In this document: one piece after another, positions 17,697 to 26,873 of the stretch
Position numbering within the stretch: the stretch's first letter is position 1
Layout: each line of letters opens with the position of its first letter
DNA from: Candidatus Firestoneibacteriota bacterium
Lineage (GTDB): Bacteria > Oederibacteriota > D2-FULL-39-29 > JBDRBU01
NCBI GenBank assembly: GCA_043822305.1
Contig: JBDRBU010000001.1
Location: forward strand, 1-30,810
Length of the DNA stretch: 30,810 bases
Reading direction: 5' to 3'
The notes under the pieces: generated by a model
What the model was told of the DNA's origin: nothing
The model's database searches: none
Seen by the model: the letters and a program-made list of their open reading frames with translations, nothing else
Made by a program: the position numbers and the translations under genes

Positions 17697-18551
17697 ATGT
17701 TTAAACCAAAATTTAAATATAATAATAAAATAGTAAATCTTTTAACTAAAATTTCTAGTGCAAGAGAATTGATTCTTCATTCGCCATTGATACCTAAATG
17801 GGAAGTGATTATTCGTAAAGAAGCAATAGTTCGTAGTGCTCATTCGTCTACAAGTATTGAAGGTAATAGGTTATCTCTGGAACAGGTAAATGAATTAGCA
17901 TTAGGTAGAGAAGTTATGGCTACAAGAAAAGATAAGCAAGAAGTGCTGAATTACTTAAATGTTCTTGGAAAAATTGATAAGTTGACAGATGGAAAAGTAA
18001 TTACTGAGAAGAATGTTCTTGATATTCATAAAATGTTAACCAGAGGCACACTGGAGAATCATGCCGACTTTAGAATTCATCCTTTTATTGATGGAAATGG
18101 TAGAACTGCGCGAGTTTTAGTAAGTTTGATACTCTTCTTAAGAGGTTTTGATATAAAACAATTTTTCTGTCTTGATGATTATTATGATTCCAACCGTCAA
18201 GCATACTATAAAGCATTACAGAGTGTGAATCAGAAAAATCTTGATTTAACTAAATGGCTTGAATATTTTACCGAAGGTGTTAATGTAAGTATTGATACAG
18301 TTAAAGAAAGGGTTGTAAGATTAAGCAGTGAAAGATTGAGAAAATCAAAACGAGGACAGATAGCACTAACAGAAAGACAGATGAGGATTGTGGAATTTAT
18401 AAATCAAAATGAAAAGATAACAAATAAAAATATTAGAGATATGTTTAAATTTTCGGACCGTGCTGCGTTGAAAGAAATCAAGAAATTGGTAGATTTAAAA
18501 GTAATTAGAAGTGAAGGCAGGGGAAGAAGCTTAGGCTATATTTTATCTTGA
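17697..18551 (+). CDS. Fic-domain protein with C-terminal wHTH, apparently carrying an in-frame internal deletion (possible pseudogene)
   Basis: Inhibitory motif STSIEGN; catalytic HPFIDGNGRTAR; only ~14 residues between 'DIHK..L' and the HPF motif, where full Fic domains carry the flap and two helices; LTERQ..I wHTH. Confidence 0.8.
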   Translation: MFKPKFKYNNKIVNLLTKISSARELILHSPLIPKWEVIIRKEAIVRSAHSSTSIEGNRLSLEQVNELALGREVMATRKDKQEVLNYLNVLGKIDKLTDGKVITEKNVLDIHKMLTRGTLENHADFRIHPFIDGNGRTARVLVSLILFLRGFDIKQFFCLDDYYDSNRQAYYKALQSVNQKNLDLTKWLEYFTEGVNVSIDTVKERVVRLSSERLRKSKRGQIALTERQMRIVEFINQNEKITNKNIRDMFKFSDRAALKEIKKLVDLKVIRSEGRGRSLGYILS

Positions 18552-18555
18552 TATA

Positions 18556-18590
18556 ATTAGGTTCGTGATTAGGTTCGTGATTAATTAGGT
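18556..18590 (+). repeat. 12-bp tandem repeat after the fic stop
   Basis: ATTAGGTTCGTG x2 (18556-18579), then ATTA and ATTAGGT. Confidence 0.85.
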
Positions 18591-18615
18591 AGTTAAATAA
18601 AATATAGGGGGGAAT

Positions 18616-19071
18616 ATGATAAATGGAGTGAAAATAAAAAAATTAAAAGTTTTACCTGATGAAAGAGGAAAACTGATGGAAATGTTAAGATGCGATGATG
18701 AAGTTTTCATAAAATTTGGACAGACATATGTGACTACAGCATATCCTGGTGTTGTAAAAGCGTGGCATTACCATAAGATCCAGACAGATAATTTTGTTGT
18801 TGTATCTGGAATGGCTAAGGTTGTTCTGTATGATGGGAGAAAAAAATCACCAACTTATAAAGAAATAAATGAATTTTTTATGGGAGTTCATAATTCAATC
18901 TTACTTCAGATCCCACCAAAGGTCTTTCATGGCTTTAAATGTATAAGTGAAGATGAATGTATAATAATTAATTGTCCTACAGAGGTTTATAATTACAAAA
19001 CTCCTGATGAATTCAGATTGTCAGCACATACAAAAAAGATTAAATACGATTGGGCAAGGAAGGATGGATAA
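18616..19071 (+). CDS. rfbC: dTDP-4-dehydrorhamnose 3,5-epimerase
   Basis: DERG, GVVKAWHYH, YDGRKKSPTY, IPPKVFHGF. Confidence 0.9.
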   Translation: MINGVKIKKLKVLPDERGKLMEMLRCDDEVFIKFGQTYVTTAYPGVVKAWHYHKIQTDNFVVVSGMAKVVLYDGRKKSPTYKEINEFFMGVHNSILLQIPPKVFHGFKCISEDECIIINCPTEVYNYKTPDEFRLSAHTKKIKYDWARKDG

Positions 19072-19073
19072 AT

Positions 19074-20027
19074 ATGAGAATTCTTGTTACCGGTGGTGCC
19101 GGATTTATTGGAAGTAATTTTATCAGGTATATATTAAAAAAGTATTCTAATTATTGTATTATTAACTTAGATAAACTTACATATGCGGGTAATTTAGATA
19201 ATTTAAAAAATCTTGAAAAAAACTCACGATATAAATTTGTTAAAGGAGATATATGTAATTTTAATACTGTAGAAAAAGTTATGAAAAATTGTGATGCAGT
19301 TGTAAACTTTGCTGCAGAAACTCATGTAGATAGGTCAATATCGGATCCTTCTTCTTTTATAAAAACAAATTTCCATGGAGTTTACATCCTGCTTGAGGTT
19401 GCAAAAAAAAATAATATTAAGAAATTTTTACAGATAAGCACTGATGAGGTGTATGGCAGTATATTATCCGGTTCTTTTAAGGAAAATGATAATTTAGCCC
19501 CAAGTAGTCCATATTCAGCAAGTAAGGCCAGTGCTGATTTACTGGCGATGTCTTATTATGCGACTTTTAAACTTTCTGTTTTAATAACAAGAAGTTCTAA
19601 TAACTTTGGGCCATATCAGTTTCCAGAGAAAGTTATGCCGCTTTTTATAACAAATGCTTTAATGAATAAAAATTTGCCCGTTTATGGGACCGGAAAAAAC
19701 ATAAGGGACTGGATTTATGTTGAGGATAACTGTGCTGGTCTAGATTTAGTCTTACATAAAGGAAAAACAGGAGAAATTTATAATATTGGTGGAGAAAACG
19801 AAAAAACGAATCTTGAAATAACAAATCTTATCTTGAAATACTTAGATAAACCAAAAAGTCTCATAACTTTCATAAAAGACAGATTAGGGCATGATTTTAG
19901 ATACTCCATAAATTGTAATAAGGTTAAGAGATTAGGATTTAAGTCTAAATACAATTTTGAAACCGCATTAAAACAAACGATTAAATGGTATTTAAATAAT
20001 AAATGGTGGTGGACTAAACTGATATGA
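19074..20027 (+). CDS. rfbB: dTDP-glucose 4,6-dehydratase
   Basis: MRILVTGGAGFIGSNF, DKLTYAGN, FAAETHVDRSI, STDEVYG, PYSASK, DRLGHDFRY; ATG 19074. Confidence 0.96.
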   Translation: MRILVTGGAGFIGSNFIRYILKKYSNYCIINLDKLTYAGNLDNLKNLEKNSRYKFVKGDICNFNTVEKVMKNCDAVVNFAAETHVDRSISDPSSFIKTNFHGVYILLEVAKKNNIKKFLQISTDEVYGSILSGSFKENDNLAPSSPYSASKASADLLAMSYYATFKLSVLITRSSNNFGPYQFPEKVMPLFITNALMNKNLPVYGTGKNIRDWIYVEDNCAGLDLVLHKGKTGEIYNIGGENEKTNLEITNLILKYLDKPKSLITFIKDRLGHDFRYSINCNKVKRLGFKSKYNFETALKQTIKWYLNNKWWWTKLI

Positions 20028-20899
20028 AAATTTTACTATTTGGTGCAAGTGGAATGTTAGGTTATGACATATTAAGAATTTTTGGTAGTTCTAAATACGA
20101 GTTATTCTTAACAGATTTAATCCCTCAAACTTCTGAGAAGTTTATAAAAGCCGATATAAAAAATTTTGATGAAGTTAAAAAGTTATTTGATGTAAAACCA
20201 GATATAGCCATAAATGCTTCTGCATATACAGATGTTGATGGATGTGAAAATAATATAGAAAGAGCATATTCAATTAATGCTGTAGGGTCATGGCACATAG
20301 CCGTTTGCTGTCGTGAGTTAAATATTCCCTTAATTCATATAAGTACTGATTATGTATTTGATGGTAAGAAGAAAGAGCCATATATAGAAGATGATGAAGT
20401 CCATCCATCCGGAGTGTATGGAAGGTCAAAATTAGCAGGTGAGATTTTGGTAAAAGGACAGATTAGTAATTTTTATATATTAAGAACATCTTTATTGTAT
20501 GGTAAGAATCGTGAAAATTTTGTAACAAAGATAATACAAAAGGCAAAGAATAATGAAATAATTAGTGTTCCTGATGATATGATAGGTTCACCTACATATA
20601 CTTTAGATTTAGCGGAATTGATAAAAAAAATAATAGAAACCGGTAAATATGGTTTATATCATACTGCAAATACTGGATACTGTTCAAGGTATGAATGGGC
20701 AAAGAAAATAGTAGAGATTGCAGGATTAAAAGCAGATATTAAACCTGTAAAATCTAACTCAATACATTCCAAAGCAAAAAGGCCATTGTTCTCAGCATTA
20801 AAAAACCATAATTTGGAGAGGATAGGGATTAGCCTGAGGACATGGGATGATGCTTTAGAAGAGTTTATAAAAGAACAACCCCCTAACCCCCTTTATTAA
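20024..20899 (+). CDS. rfbD: dTDP-4-dehydrorhamnose reductase
   Basis: GASGMLG, AYTDVDGCE, ISTDYVFDG, YGRSKLAGE, GSPT; C-terminal EQPPNPLY* is encoded by the repeat. Confidence 0.95.
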   Translation: MKILLFGASGMLGYDILRIFGSSKYELFLTDLIPQTSEKFIKADIKNFDEVKKLFDVKPDIAINASAYTDVDGCENNIERAYSINAVGSWHIAVCCRELNIPLIHISTDYVFDGKKKEPYIEDDEVHPSGVYGRSKLAGEILVKGQISNFYILRTSLLYGKNRENFVTKIIQKAKNNEIISVPDDMIGSPTYTLDLAELIKKIIETGKYGLYHTANTGYCSRYEWAKKIVEIAGLKADIKPVKSNSIHSKAKRPLFSALKNHNLERIGISLRTWDDALEEFIKEQPPNPLY

Positions 20900-20938
20900 G
20901 GGGGAATTAAAAATTAGAGGGCTTTCACTGAATACTTA
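20868..20938 (+). repeat. C5/G5 palindromic element, copy 4 (71-bp long form)
   Basis: Identical to 71-141; contains the rfbD stop TAA 20897-20899. Confidence 0.95.
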
Positions 20939-20966
20939 CTTAAAAGAGTAGAGAGGGTTGGATATA

Positions 20967-21446
20967 ATGGAACAAAAACAAAAAGCCAAAAATTATGTTT
21001 ATTATTTGCTTTTTCAAAGTTCTAAAACTAAGAAAGAAATAATAGATAAGTTAAAGAAAAAAAGTTATAATGAAGATGTCATAAAAGAAGTTGTCCAAGA
21101 AATTGAAGATTCTGATTTAATAAATGATGAAAAATATGCATTGGATTTTACATCTGATAGATTAAATTTTAAGAAAGCGGGTAAAATATTAATTAAAAGA
21201 CAGTTATGGCAAAAAGGTATAGACAAAAAGATAATTGATGATGTGGTCGAGAAAGTTTTTAGTGATGTTGATGAGTATAAAATTGCTTTAGAATTAGCCA
21301 GAAAAAGGATAAAAATTTATAAAAAACTTGATGAAAAAATTGTAGTGAGAAGATTACAAGGATTTTTACTTAGACGAGGTTATAATTTTGATACGACTAT
21401 AAGAGTAATAAAAAGCTTGATAAAGAAAATTGATTATGAAGAATAA
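20967..21446 (+). CDS. recX: Regulatory protein RecX
   Basis: EIIDKLKKK..., LINDEKYA, GKILIKRQLWQKGI, FLLRRGY; upstream of alaS as in recA-recX-alaS. Start could be TTG 20958. Confidence 0.88.
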   Translation: MEQKQKAKNYVYYLLFQSSKTKKEIIDKLKKKSYNEDVIKEVVQEIEDSDLINDEKYALDFTSDRLNFKKAGKILIKRQLWQKGIDKKIIDDVVEKVFSDVDEYKIALELARKRIKIYKKLDEKIVVRRLQGFLLRRGYNFDTTIRVIKSLIKKIDYEE

Positions 21447-21483
21447 AGAACAACCCCCTGACCCCCTTTATTAAGGGGGAATT
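21445..21483 (+). repeat. C5/G5 palindromic element, copy 5
   Basis: AAAGAACAACCCCC-TGA-CCCCCTTTATTAAGGGGGAATT abutting the recX stop. Confidence 0.95.
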
Positions 21484-21506
21484 GACTTGCGATTAAAGGA
21501 TTAGAG

Positions 21507-24119
21507 ATGAAAACAAGCGAGATAAGAAAATTATTTTTAGAGTTTTTTAAGAATAAGGGTCATATTATAAAACCAAGTGATTCTCTTATTCCATCAAATG
21601 ATCCAACATTGCTTTTTACCTCAGCCGGTATGGTTCAGTTTAAACCAATGTATGTTACAGAGGGGAAGATTGAATTTACTCGTGCTGTTACCTGCCAGAA
21701 ATGTTTCAGAACTGACGATTTGGAAAGAGTAGGTCAGACATCCAGACATCATACATTTTTTGAAATGCTTGGAAATTTTTCTTTTGGGGATTATTTTAAG
21801 AAAGAAGCAATTGAGTGGGCCTGGGAGTTTGTTAATTTAGTTTTAAAACTCCCAAAGGATTCTTTATGGATAAGTGTTTATAAAGAGGATAATGAAGCAT
21901 TTGATATCTGGAATAAGCATCTAGCCATACCGGAAAGTAAAATAGTTAAGTTAGATAAAAAAGACAATTTCTGGGGGCCGGTTAGCCGTGCTGGTGGACC
22001 TTGTGGTTCTTGCAGTGAAATATATATTGATTTTGGTCCTTCATCTGGATGTGGTCATAAAAATTGCAGACCCGGATGTGATTGCGACCGTTTTGACGAA
22101 TTTTGGAATTTAGTCTTTCCTAGTTATAATGCTGATTCTTCTGGAAATTTGCACCCTCTGGCTAAAAGAGGGGTTGATACCGGAATGGGATTGGAGAGAA
22201 TGGCATCTATTTTGCAAAATGTTAATAATATTTTTGATATAGATATAATAAAGCCAATAATTGTAGAAGTAGCAAATCTGACAGAAGTTAGACATAAAGA
22301 AGATGCTAAAAAAGATGTTCAGATAAAGATAATCACAGACCATATAAGAGCCATAACATTTTTAATAGGTGATGGTGTTTTTCCTCTTAATGAAGGGAGA
22401 GGATATGTTTTAAGAAGAATGATTAGAAGAGCGGTTAGGTTTGGCAAATTGCTTGGAATTGAAAAACCATTTTTATATAAGTTAGTTGGCCATGTAGCTG
22501 ATATGATGAAAGATACTTATCCTGAATTAAATGAGAGAAGAACAAATATCAGTCAAATAGTAGGACAAGAAGAAGAAAGATTTCATGAAACTTTAGTTCA
22601 GGGTATGAATATTTTAAATGAACTTATGGAAAAGTATAAGGAAGAAATACCGGCTGAAGAAGCATTTAAACTTTATGATACTTTTGGTTTTCCATTGGAT
22701 CTAACCAAAGAGATTGTTGGAGAAAAAGGTATTAAAGTAGATGAAGATGTTTTTAAAAAATTATTAGAAGAACAACAAGAAAAAGCAAGGTTATCGTGGA
22801 AAGGCACAGGAGATAAAGAAGTATCTTCTATGCTTAATCAGTTTAGTAAAACTGAATTTGTTGGGTACGAAACTTTTGAGATAGAGTCAAAGGTAGTTGG
22901 AATATTAAAAGGGAATGTTCTGGTGAAAGAGTCTGCGACTAATGAAGAAGTATCTTTAATATTTGATAAAACACCATTTTATGGCGAGTCGGGTGGGCAG
23001 ACGGGAGATACTGGATTAATTAAAAAAGACGGTTTTGAGGGTTTTGTTTTAGTTGCCGAGAAATATCTTCAAAAGATAATTGTTCATATGGTAAAAATTA
23101 AAGAAGGTAAGATTAAAATTGGCGATAGGGTGAAGGCCGTAGTGGATATAGAAAGAAGAAAATCTATAATGCGACACCATACGGCCACACATTTACTTCA
23201 GCATTCGTTAAGAGAAGTATTAGGTGGCAATGTAACTCAATCTGGTTCATATGTGGAATCTGATTATTTTAGGTTTGATTTTACACATTATAAAGCATTG
23301 ACAAAAACAGAGTTAGATAAAGTGGAACAAATAATAAATGAAAAGATAATTCAGAATTTACCTGTTCTAATAAAAGAAATGAAAATTGAAGAGGCAAAGA
23401 AAACAGGTGCTCTTGCGTTTTTTGGGGAAAAATATGGTGAACTTGTCAGGGTGGTGGCGATAGGAGATATTAGTCTGGAACTTTGTGGTGGAACGCATGT
23501 AAAAAATACTGGGGAAATTGGACTTGTTAAAATCATTTCAGAAAGTAGTGCCGCCTCCGGTATAAGAAGAATAGAAGCCAGAGCCGGCATCGGTTCATAT
23601 AAGATGATAAGAGAGCAAGAGAAAATATTAAAAGATATTTCTGCTGTTTTAAATATCAAATACAAAGAAATTCCAGATAGAATAGAGAAAATGATAGAGA
23701 CTATAAAGAGTTTAGAAAAAGAGGTTGATAGATTAAAAAGAGGAGAAGGATTGTTTAAGGTTGATGAAATTTTAAAGGATGTCCAGCAAATAAAAAATAT
23801 AAATGTGGTTATAAAAAGTATAGATAATCTTGATCTGGGTTTATTAAGAGATATAGGAGATAAAATAAAAGATAAACTTAAAACTTGCTGTGTCGTCTTG
23901 TTTACGACAAAAGATAATAAATTAAGTTATATATGTATGATTACAAAAGACTTATTAGAAAAAATAAATGCGTCATTTATAATTAAAGAAATTGCAAAAA
24001 TAATTGGTGGAAGTGGTGGAGGCCGGGTTGATTTAGCCGAGGGAGGAGCAAAATCTGTGAATGATTTAAGTAAAGTATTAAAAGAAACCGAGAATATAAT
24101 AAAAAAAATGATAGGATAA
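21507..24119 (+). CDS. alaS: Alanine--tRNA ligase
   Basis: DPTLLFTSAGMVQFK, RHHTFFEMLGNFSFGDYFK, DTGMGLER, HTATH and ELCGGTH editing motifs, GGSGGG. Confidence 0.99.
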   Translation: MKTSEIRKLFLEFFKNKGHIIKPSDSLIPSNDPTLLFTSAGMVQFKPMYVTEGKIEFTRAVTCQKCFRTDDLERVGQTSRHHTFFEMLGNFSFGDYFKKEAIEWAWEFVNLVLKLPKDSLWISVYKEDNEAFDIWNKHLAIPESKIVKLDKKDNFWGPVSRAGGPCGSCSEIYIDFGPSSGCGHKNCRPGCDCDRFDEFWNLVFPSYNADSSGNLHPLAKRGVDTGMGLERMASILQNVNNIFDIDIIKPIIVEVANLTEVRHKEDAKKDVQIKIITDHIRAITFLIGDGVFPLNEGRGYVLRRMIRRAVRFGKLLGIEKPFLYKLVGHVADMMKDTYPELNERRTNISQIVGQEEERFHETLVQGMNILNELMEKYKEEIPAEEAFKLYDTFGFPLDLTKEIVGEKGIKVDEDVFKKLLEEQQEKARLSWKGTGDKEVSSMLNQFSKTEFVGYETFEIESKVVGILKGNVLVKESATNEEVSLIFDKTPFYGESGGQTGDTGLIKKDGFEGFVLVAEKYLQKIIVHMVKIKEGKIKIGDRVKAVVDIERRKSIMRHHTATHLLQHSLREVLGGNVTQSGSYVESDYFRFDFTHYKALTKTELDKVEQIINEKIIQNLPVLIKEMKIEEAKKTGALAFFGEKYGELVRVVAIGDISLELCGGTHVKNTGEIGLVKIISESSAASGIRRIEARAGIGSYKMIREQEKILKDISAVLNIKYKEIPDRIEKMIETIKSLEKEVDRLKRGEGLFKVDEILKDVQQIKNINVVIKSIDNLDLGLLRDIGDKIKDKLKTCCVVLFTTKDNKLSYICMITKDLLEKINASFIIKEIAKIIGGSGGGRVDLAEGGAKSVNDLSKVLKETENIIKKMIG

Positions 24120-24128
24120 GGAGATTTA

Positions 24129-24758
24129 ATGAAAATTTTAATCATTGAAAATAGTGAAATAATAATCGATGCTTTAAAAAATATTTTTAAAGAACGGTAC
24201 ACGGTGAAAAGTGTATTTGATATTAAAGATGCCGCTAAAGTTAATGATTTTCAACCGGATGTAGTATTTCTGGGTGAAACAACTGTAGATGAAAGAGGGG
24301 CTATAAAGTGTGTAAAAGATATGTTTTCAAACTCAAAAGTTGTCTTAATATACGAGCATGAAGATTCAAAAGAAGGGATTTTAAGGAATATTATAGCCGG
24401 AGCAGATGGCTATATTCCTTCTAAATGGGGAGTTGAAAAGATAGAAAATGCAATGAAATATCTTTTAAAAGAAGGGGTTTTACTTCCCCATGAGATAATT
24501 TGTTTATTGGTAAAAGAGATAAGAAAGTTATCTTTTGGATGGGCGGAGATGACGGAAGAATATGGTTTAACGGACAGAGATAAGAAAATATTAAAGTTTT
24601 TAAGTCAAGGTAAAACAAATAAAGAAATAGCAGTAACTTTGAATGTTTCTGAAAAGACTGTAAAAAATAATTCGTGTAATATTTATAAGAAATTAAAAGT
24701 GAGAAATCATAAAGAAGCAATTGCAAAATTCTGTTCTTTTTTTGTTGTAAAAAAATAA
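24129..24758 (+). CDS. NarL/LuxR-family regulator with degenerate receiver domain
   Basis: LTDRDKKILKFLSQGKTNKEIA..LNVSEKTVK..IYKKLKV HTH; receiver fold (PDVVFL, AGADGYI) but Gly at the phospho-Asp position. Confidence 0.85.
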   Translation: MKILIIENSEIIIDALKNIFKERYTVKSVFDIKDAAKVNDFQPDVVFLGETTVDERGAIKCVKDMFSNSKVVLIYEHEDSKEGILRNIIAGADGYIPSKWGVEKIENAMKYLLKEGVLLPHEIICLLVKEIRKLSFGWAEMTEEYGLTDRDKKILKFLSQGKTNKEIAVTLNVSEKTVKNNSCNIYKKLKVRNHKEAIAKFCSFFVVKK

Positions 24759-24773
24759 GAAATAGTGTATAAT
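24745..24773 (+). promoter_or_regulatory. Putative sigma70 promoter of the lipoprotein/barrel pair
   Basis: TTGTAA-17 bp-TATAAT. Confidence 0.55.
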
Positions 24774-24807
24774 TAAAAAAAACAATATGTAAGTCATTAC
24801 AAATAAA

Positions 24808-24842
24808 AATAGGGTGTCTGTCCCTATTAATACCTATTAATA
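24808..24842. promoter_or_regulatory. Operator-like palindrome plus direct repeat
   Basis: AATAGGG-TGTCTGT-CCCTATT (24808-24828), overlapping CCTATTAATA x2 (24823-24842). Confidence 0.5.
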
Positions 24843-24861
24843 TAATAAAAGGGGGTGTTGT

Positions 24862-25680
24862 ATGAAAAAAGTTGTTTGGTGTAGTCTGGGTTTGGTCTGC
24901 CTGGCTTTTTTAATTGGCGGATGCAGTAAAGGAGTAAATATATTTGGTTGGACTTCTCCAACAGGTGGAAGCGCACAGGCATCGGTGGCTAATGGAGATG
25001 CGCAATTTGCAGCTAATGATTATGCAAATGCGATGGCAAGTTATGATGCAGCGATAAGTGCAGACCCAAAGAATAGTAAAGCAAGGTATGGATATGTTAA
25101 AGCATATCTGAAAAATATTAGATTAGACCTTGCGGCTTTCTTAAAAAACTATTCTAATGAGAATTCTGCACCATCGTTTGTAATTCCTGCTGTATCGGTT
25201 AAGGTTAATAGTAGTGAATGTTCGTATGACCTTATTGATGATCCAACAAGACCTTTTGGAACGAACCTACAGAAGTTTCAGATTTTAGTTGAAGTAATAA
25301 TTAACTATTTAGATCCAATTGCAAGAGGCGAGTGTGATGAGGTTATTCCACGAACGAATGTTGGATTGAATGTTAATTTGGCATTTGCACATTTGTTAAG
25401 AGGAATATTTTGTGTTTTGGATGAGGATTATAATGGAAGTTTGAATTATAATATAAGGAAAAATTGTGATGGGACAGTTAATATTATTCGTTTATCTGAT
25501 GGACATGAAATGGCAGATACTGATTCTATTCCAAACAAAGATGCAGCTCTCTGGTATATAGACAGAGCTATATGTAGATTAACTACTGCTATAGGTAATG
25601 GTGTTCCCAATGCTCCACTTTGGAGACAGATTAGAGATCTATTAGAGCAAGTACAGATTGAAGTTGCTAATCATTCATAA
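24862..25680 (+). CDS. Lipoprotein with N-terminal TPR motif
   Basis: Lipobox IGGC; GDAQFAANDYANAMASYDAAISADPKNSKARYG TPR; helical remainder. Confidence 0.7.
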   Translation: MKKVVWCSLGLVCLAFLIGGCSKGVNIFGWTSPTGGSAQASVANGDAQFAANDYANAMASYDAAISADPKNSKARYGYVKAYLKNIRLDLAAFLKNYSNENSAPSFVIPAVSVKVNSSECSYDLIDDPTRPFGTNLQKFQILVEVIINYLDPIARGECDEVIPRTNVGLNVNLAFAHLLRGIFCVLDEDYNGSLNYNIRKNCDGTVNIIRLSDGHEMADTDSIPNKDAALWYIDRAICRLTTAIGNGVPNAPLWRQIRDLLEQVQIEVANHS

Positions 25681-25715
25681 GGATTGAAAAAAATCAATGA
25701 AAGGAGGGAAATAGT

Positions 25716-26816
25716 ATGAAAGTTAAGGTAGTGATGGTAATTCTCTTTTTTTCTACTTTAGTTTTTTCTGCAGTTAAACCATCATTCATAGATGGTATTA
25801 GGCCTCTTGGTATGGGAGGTGCTTTTACGGCTGTGGCAGATGATTATAATTTGTTGCAATATAATCCTGCTAATTTAGCCAAAGCAAAAGGATTTCAGTT
25901 AAATATTCCACATATTGAAGTTGAAACCAGTCAAAAGAGTATGGATTTTATTAGTTACTTTCTTGACCATAAAGATTTGTTTAATGGAGATTTAACTAAT
26001 TGGACAATGGAGACAGTAAATAAGTTAACTAATGCATCGTTGAAACTTAATGCAAATGCGAATATATCAGTCTTAGGAATAAACACTCCCATAGGTAATT
26101 TTGGAACTGGTTTATTTAGCTCTGTTTATACAAATGCAACAACAGTGTTTGATATTTTCAACATAAATGCCAGATTTGAATCAAACATAGATTTTGTTTT
26201 GCCTGTTTCTTTTGGAACAATGCTGGAAATACCTGGTTTGAATTCAATTCTTGATTCAACATTAGGTGGTGGCCGGCTGGGAGTAGGTGCCACGGCTAAA
26301 ATTATTCAAAGAAGACAGTTAATAGAGGACCACTCCGTATTTGAACTATCCGGATTAAATCCAGCCGACATGCTTAGTAAACTTTCTACTCCAACAACAG
26401 GTATAGGTTTTGATCTGGGTGTTAATTATTTTGTGCCATCTATTGGTTCTACTTTTTCTTTAGTTGTTAGAGATTTTTATACCGATATAGGTGGTAAAGT
26501 AAATAGTAATTACATATTCGGATATGCCATCGATCCAAATTTTGAATTTCTTAAGAGCATAGCCGATGTAGTCGTGGCTTTAGATGTTGTAGATTTATTT
26601 GGTGATGTAACTATTATGAATAAAATCCATATTGGTTTGGAAGCAAAGTTTCTTGGATTTCTTTATGCCAGAGTTGGATTTTATCAGGGCTGGAGTGGTT
26701 TTGGTCTGGGGATTGGTCGATATTTAGAATATGCTAATTATGGCACAGAATTAGGAATGTATCCTGGTCAGATAGAAGAAAGACAGCATAGAGTTTCATT
26801 AGCCTTGTCGTTTTAA
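25716..26816 (+). CDS. TraF-like/PorV-FadL-like outer-membrane beta-barrel
   Basis: Signal peptide; GIRPLGMGGAFTAVADD..YNPANL; GIGFDLG; HIGLE..RVGFYQG; C-terminal Phe. Confidence 0.72.
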   Translation: MKVKVVMVILFFSTLVFSAVKPSFIDGIRPLGMGGAFTAVADDYNLLQYNPANLAKAKGFQLNIPHIEVETSQKSMDFISYFLDHKDLFNGDLTNWTMETVNKLTNASLKLNANANISVLGINTPIGNFGTGLFSSVYTNATTVFDIFNINARFESNIDFVLPVSFGTMLEIPGLNSILDSTLGGGRLGVGATAKIIQRRQLIEDHSVFELSGLNPADMLSKLSTPTTGIGFDLGVNYFVPSIGSTFSLVVRDFYTDIGGKVNSNYIFGYAIDPNFEFLKSIADVVVALDVVDLFGDVTIMNKIHIGLEAKFLGFLYARVGFYQGWSGFGLGIGRYLEYANYGTELGMYPGQIEERQHRVSLALSF

Positions 26817-26838
26817 AATGGAAATATTAAATATAAAG

Positions 26839-26873
26839 AGCCGTAGTTTCTTACTGGAATTACGGCTTTTTTT
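26839..26873 (+). terminator. Rho-independent terminator
   Basis: AGCCGTAGTTTC-TTACT-GGAATTACGGCT stem (with G-U pairs) followed by a T tract. Confidence 0.8.

Noticed and set aside
21447..21506. T-box leader for alaS
   Set aside because: Only 60 bp, mostly the C5/G5 repeat; no GGTGGNACCGCG motif.
25716..26816. Conjugative element implied by the TraF-like barrel
   Set aside because: No relaxase, VirB4/VirD4, integrase or att sites; flanks are housekeeping genes.
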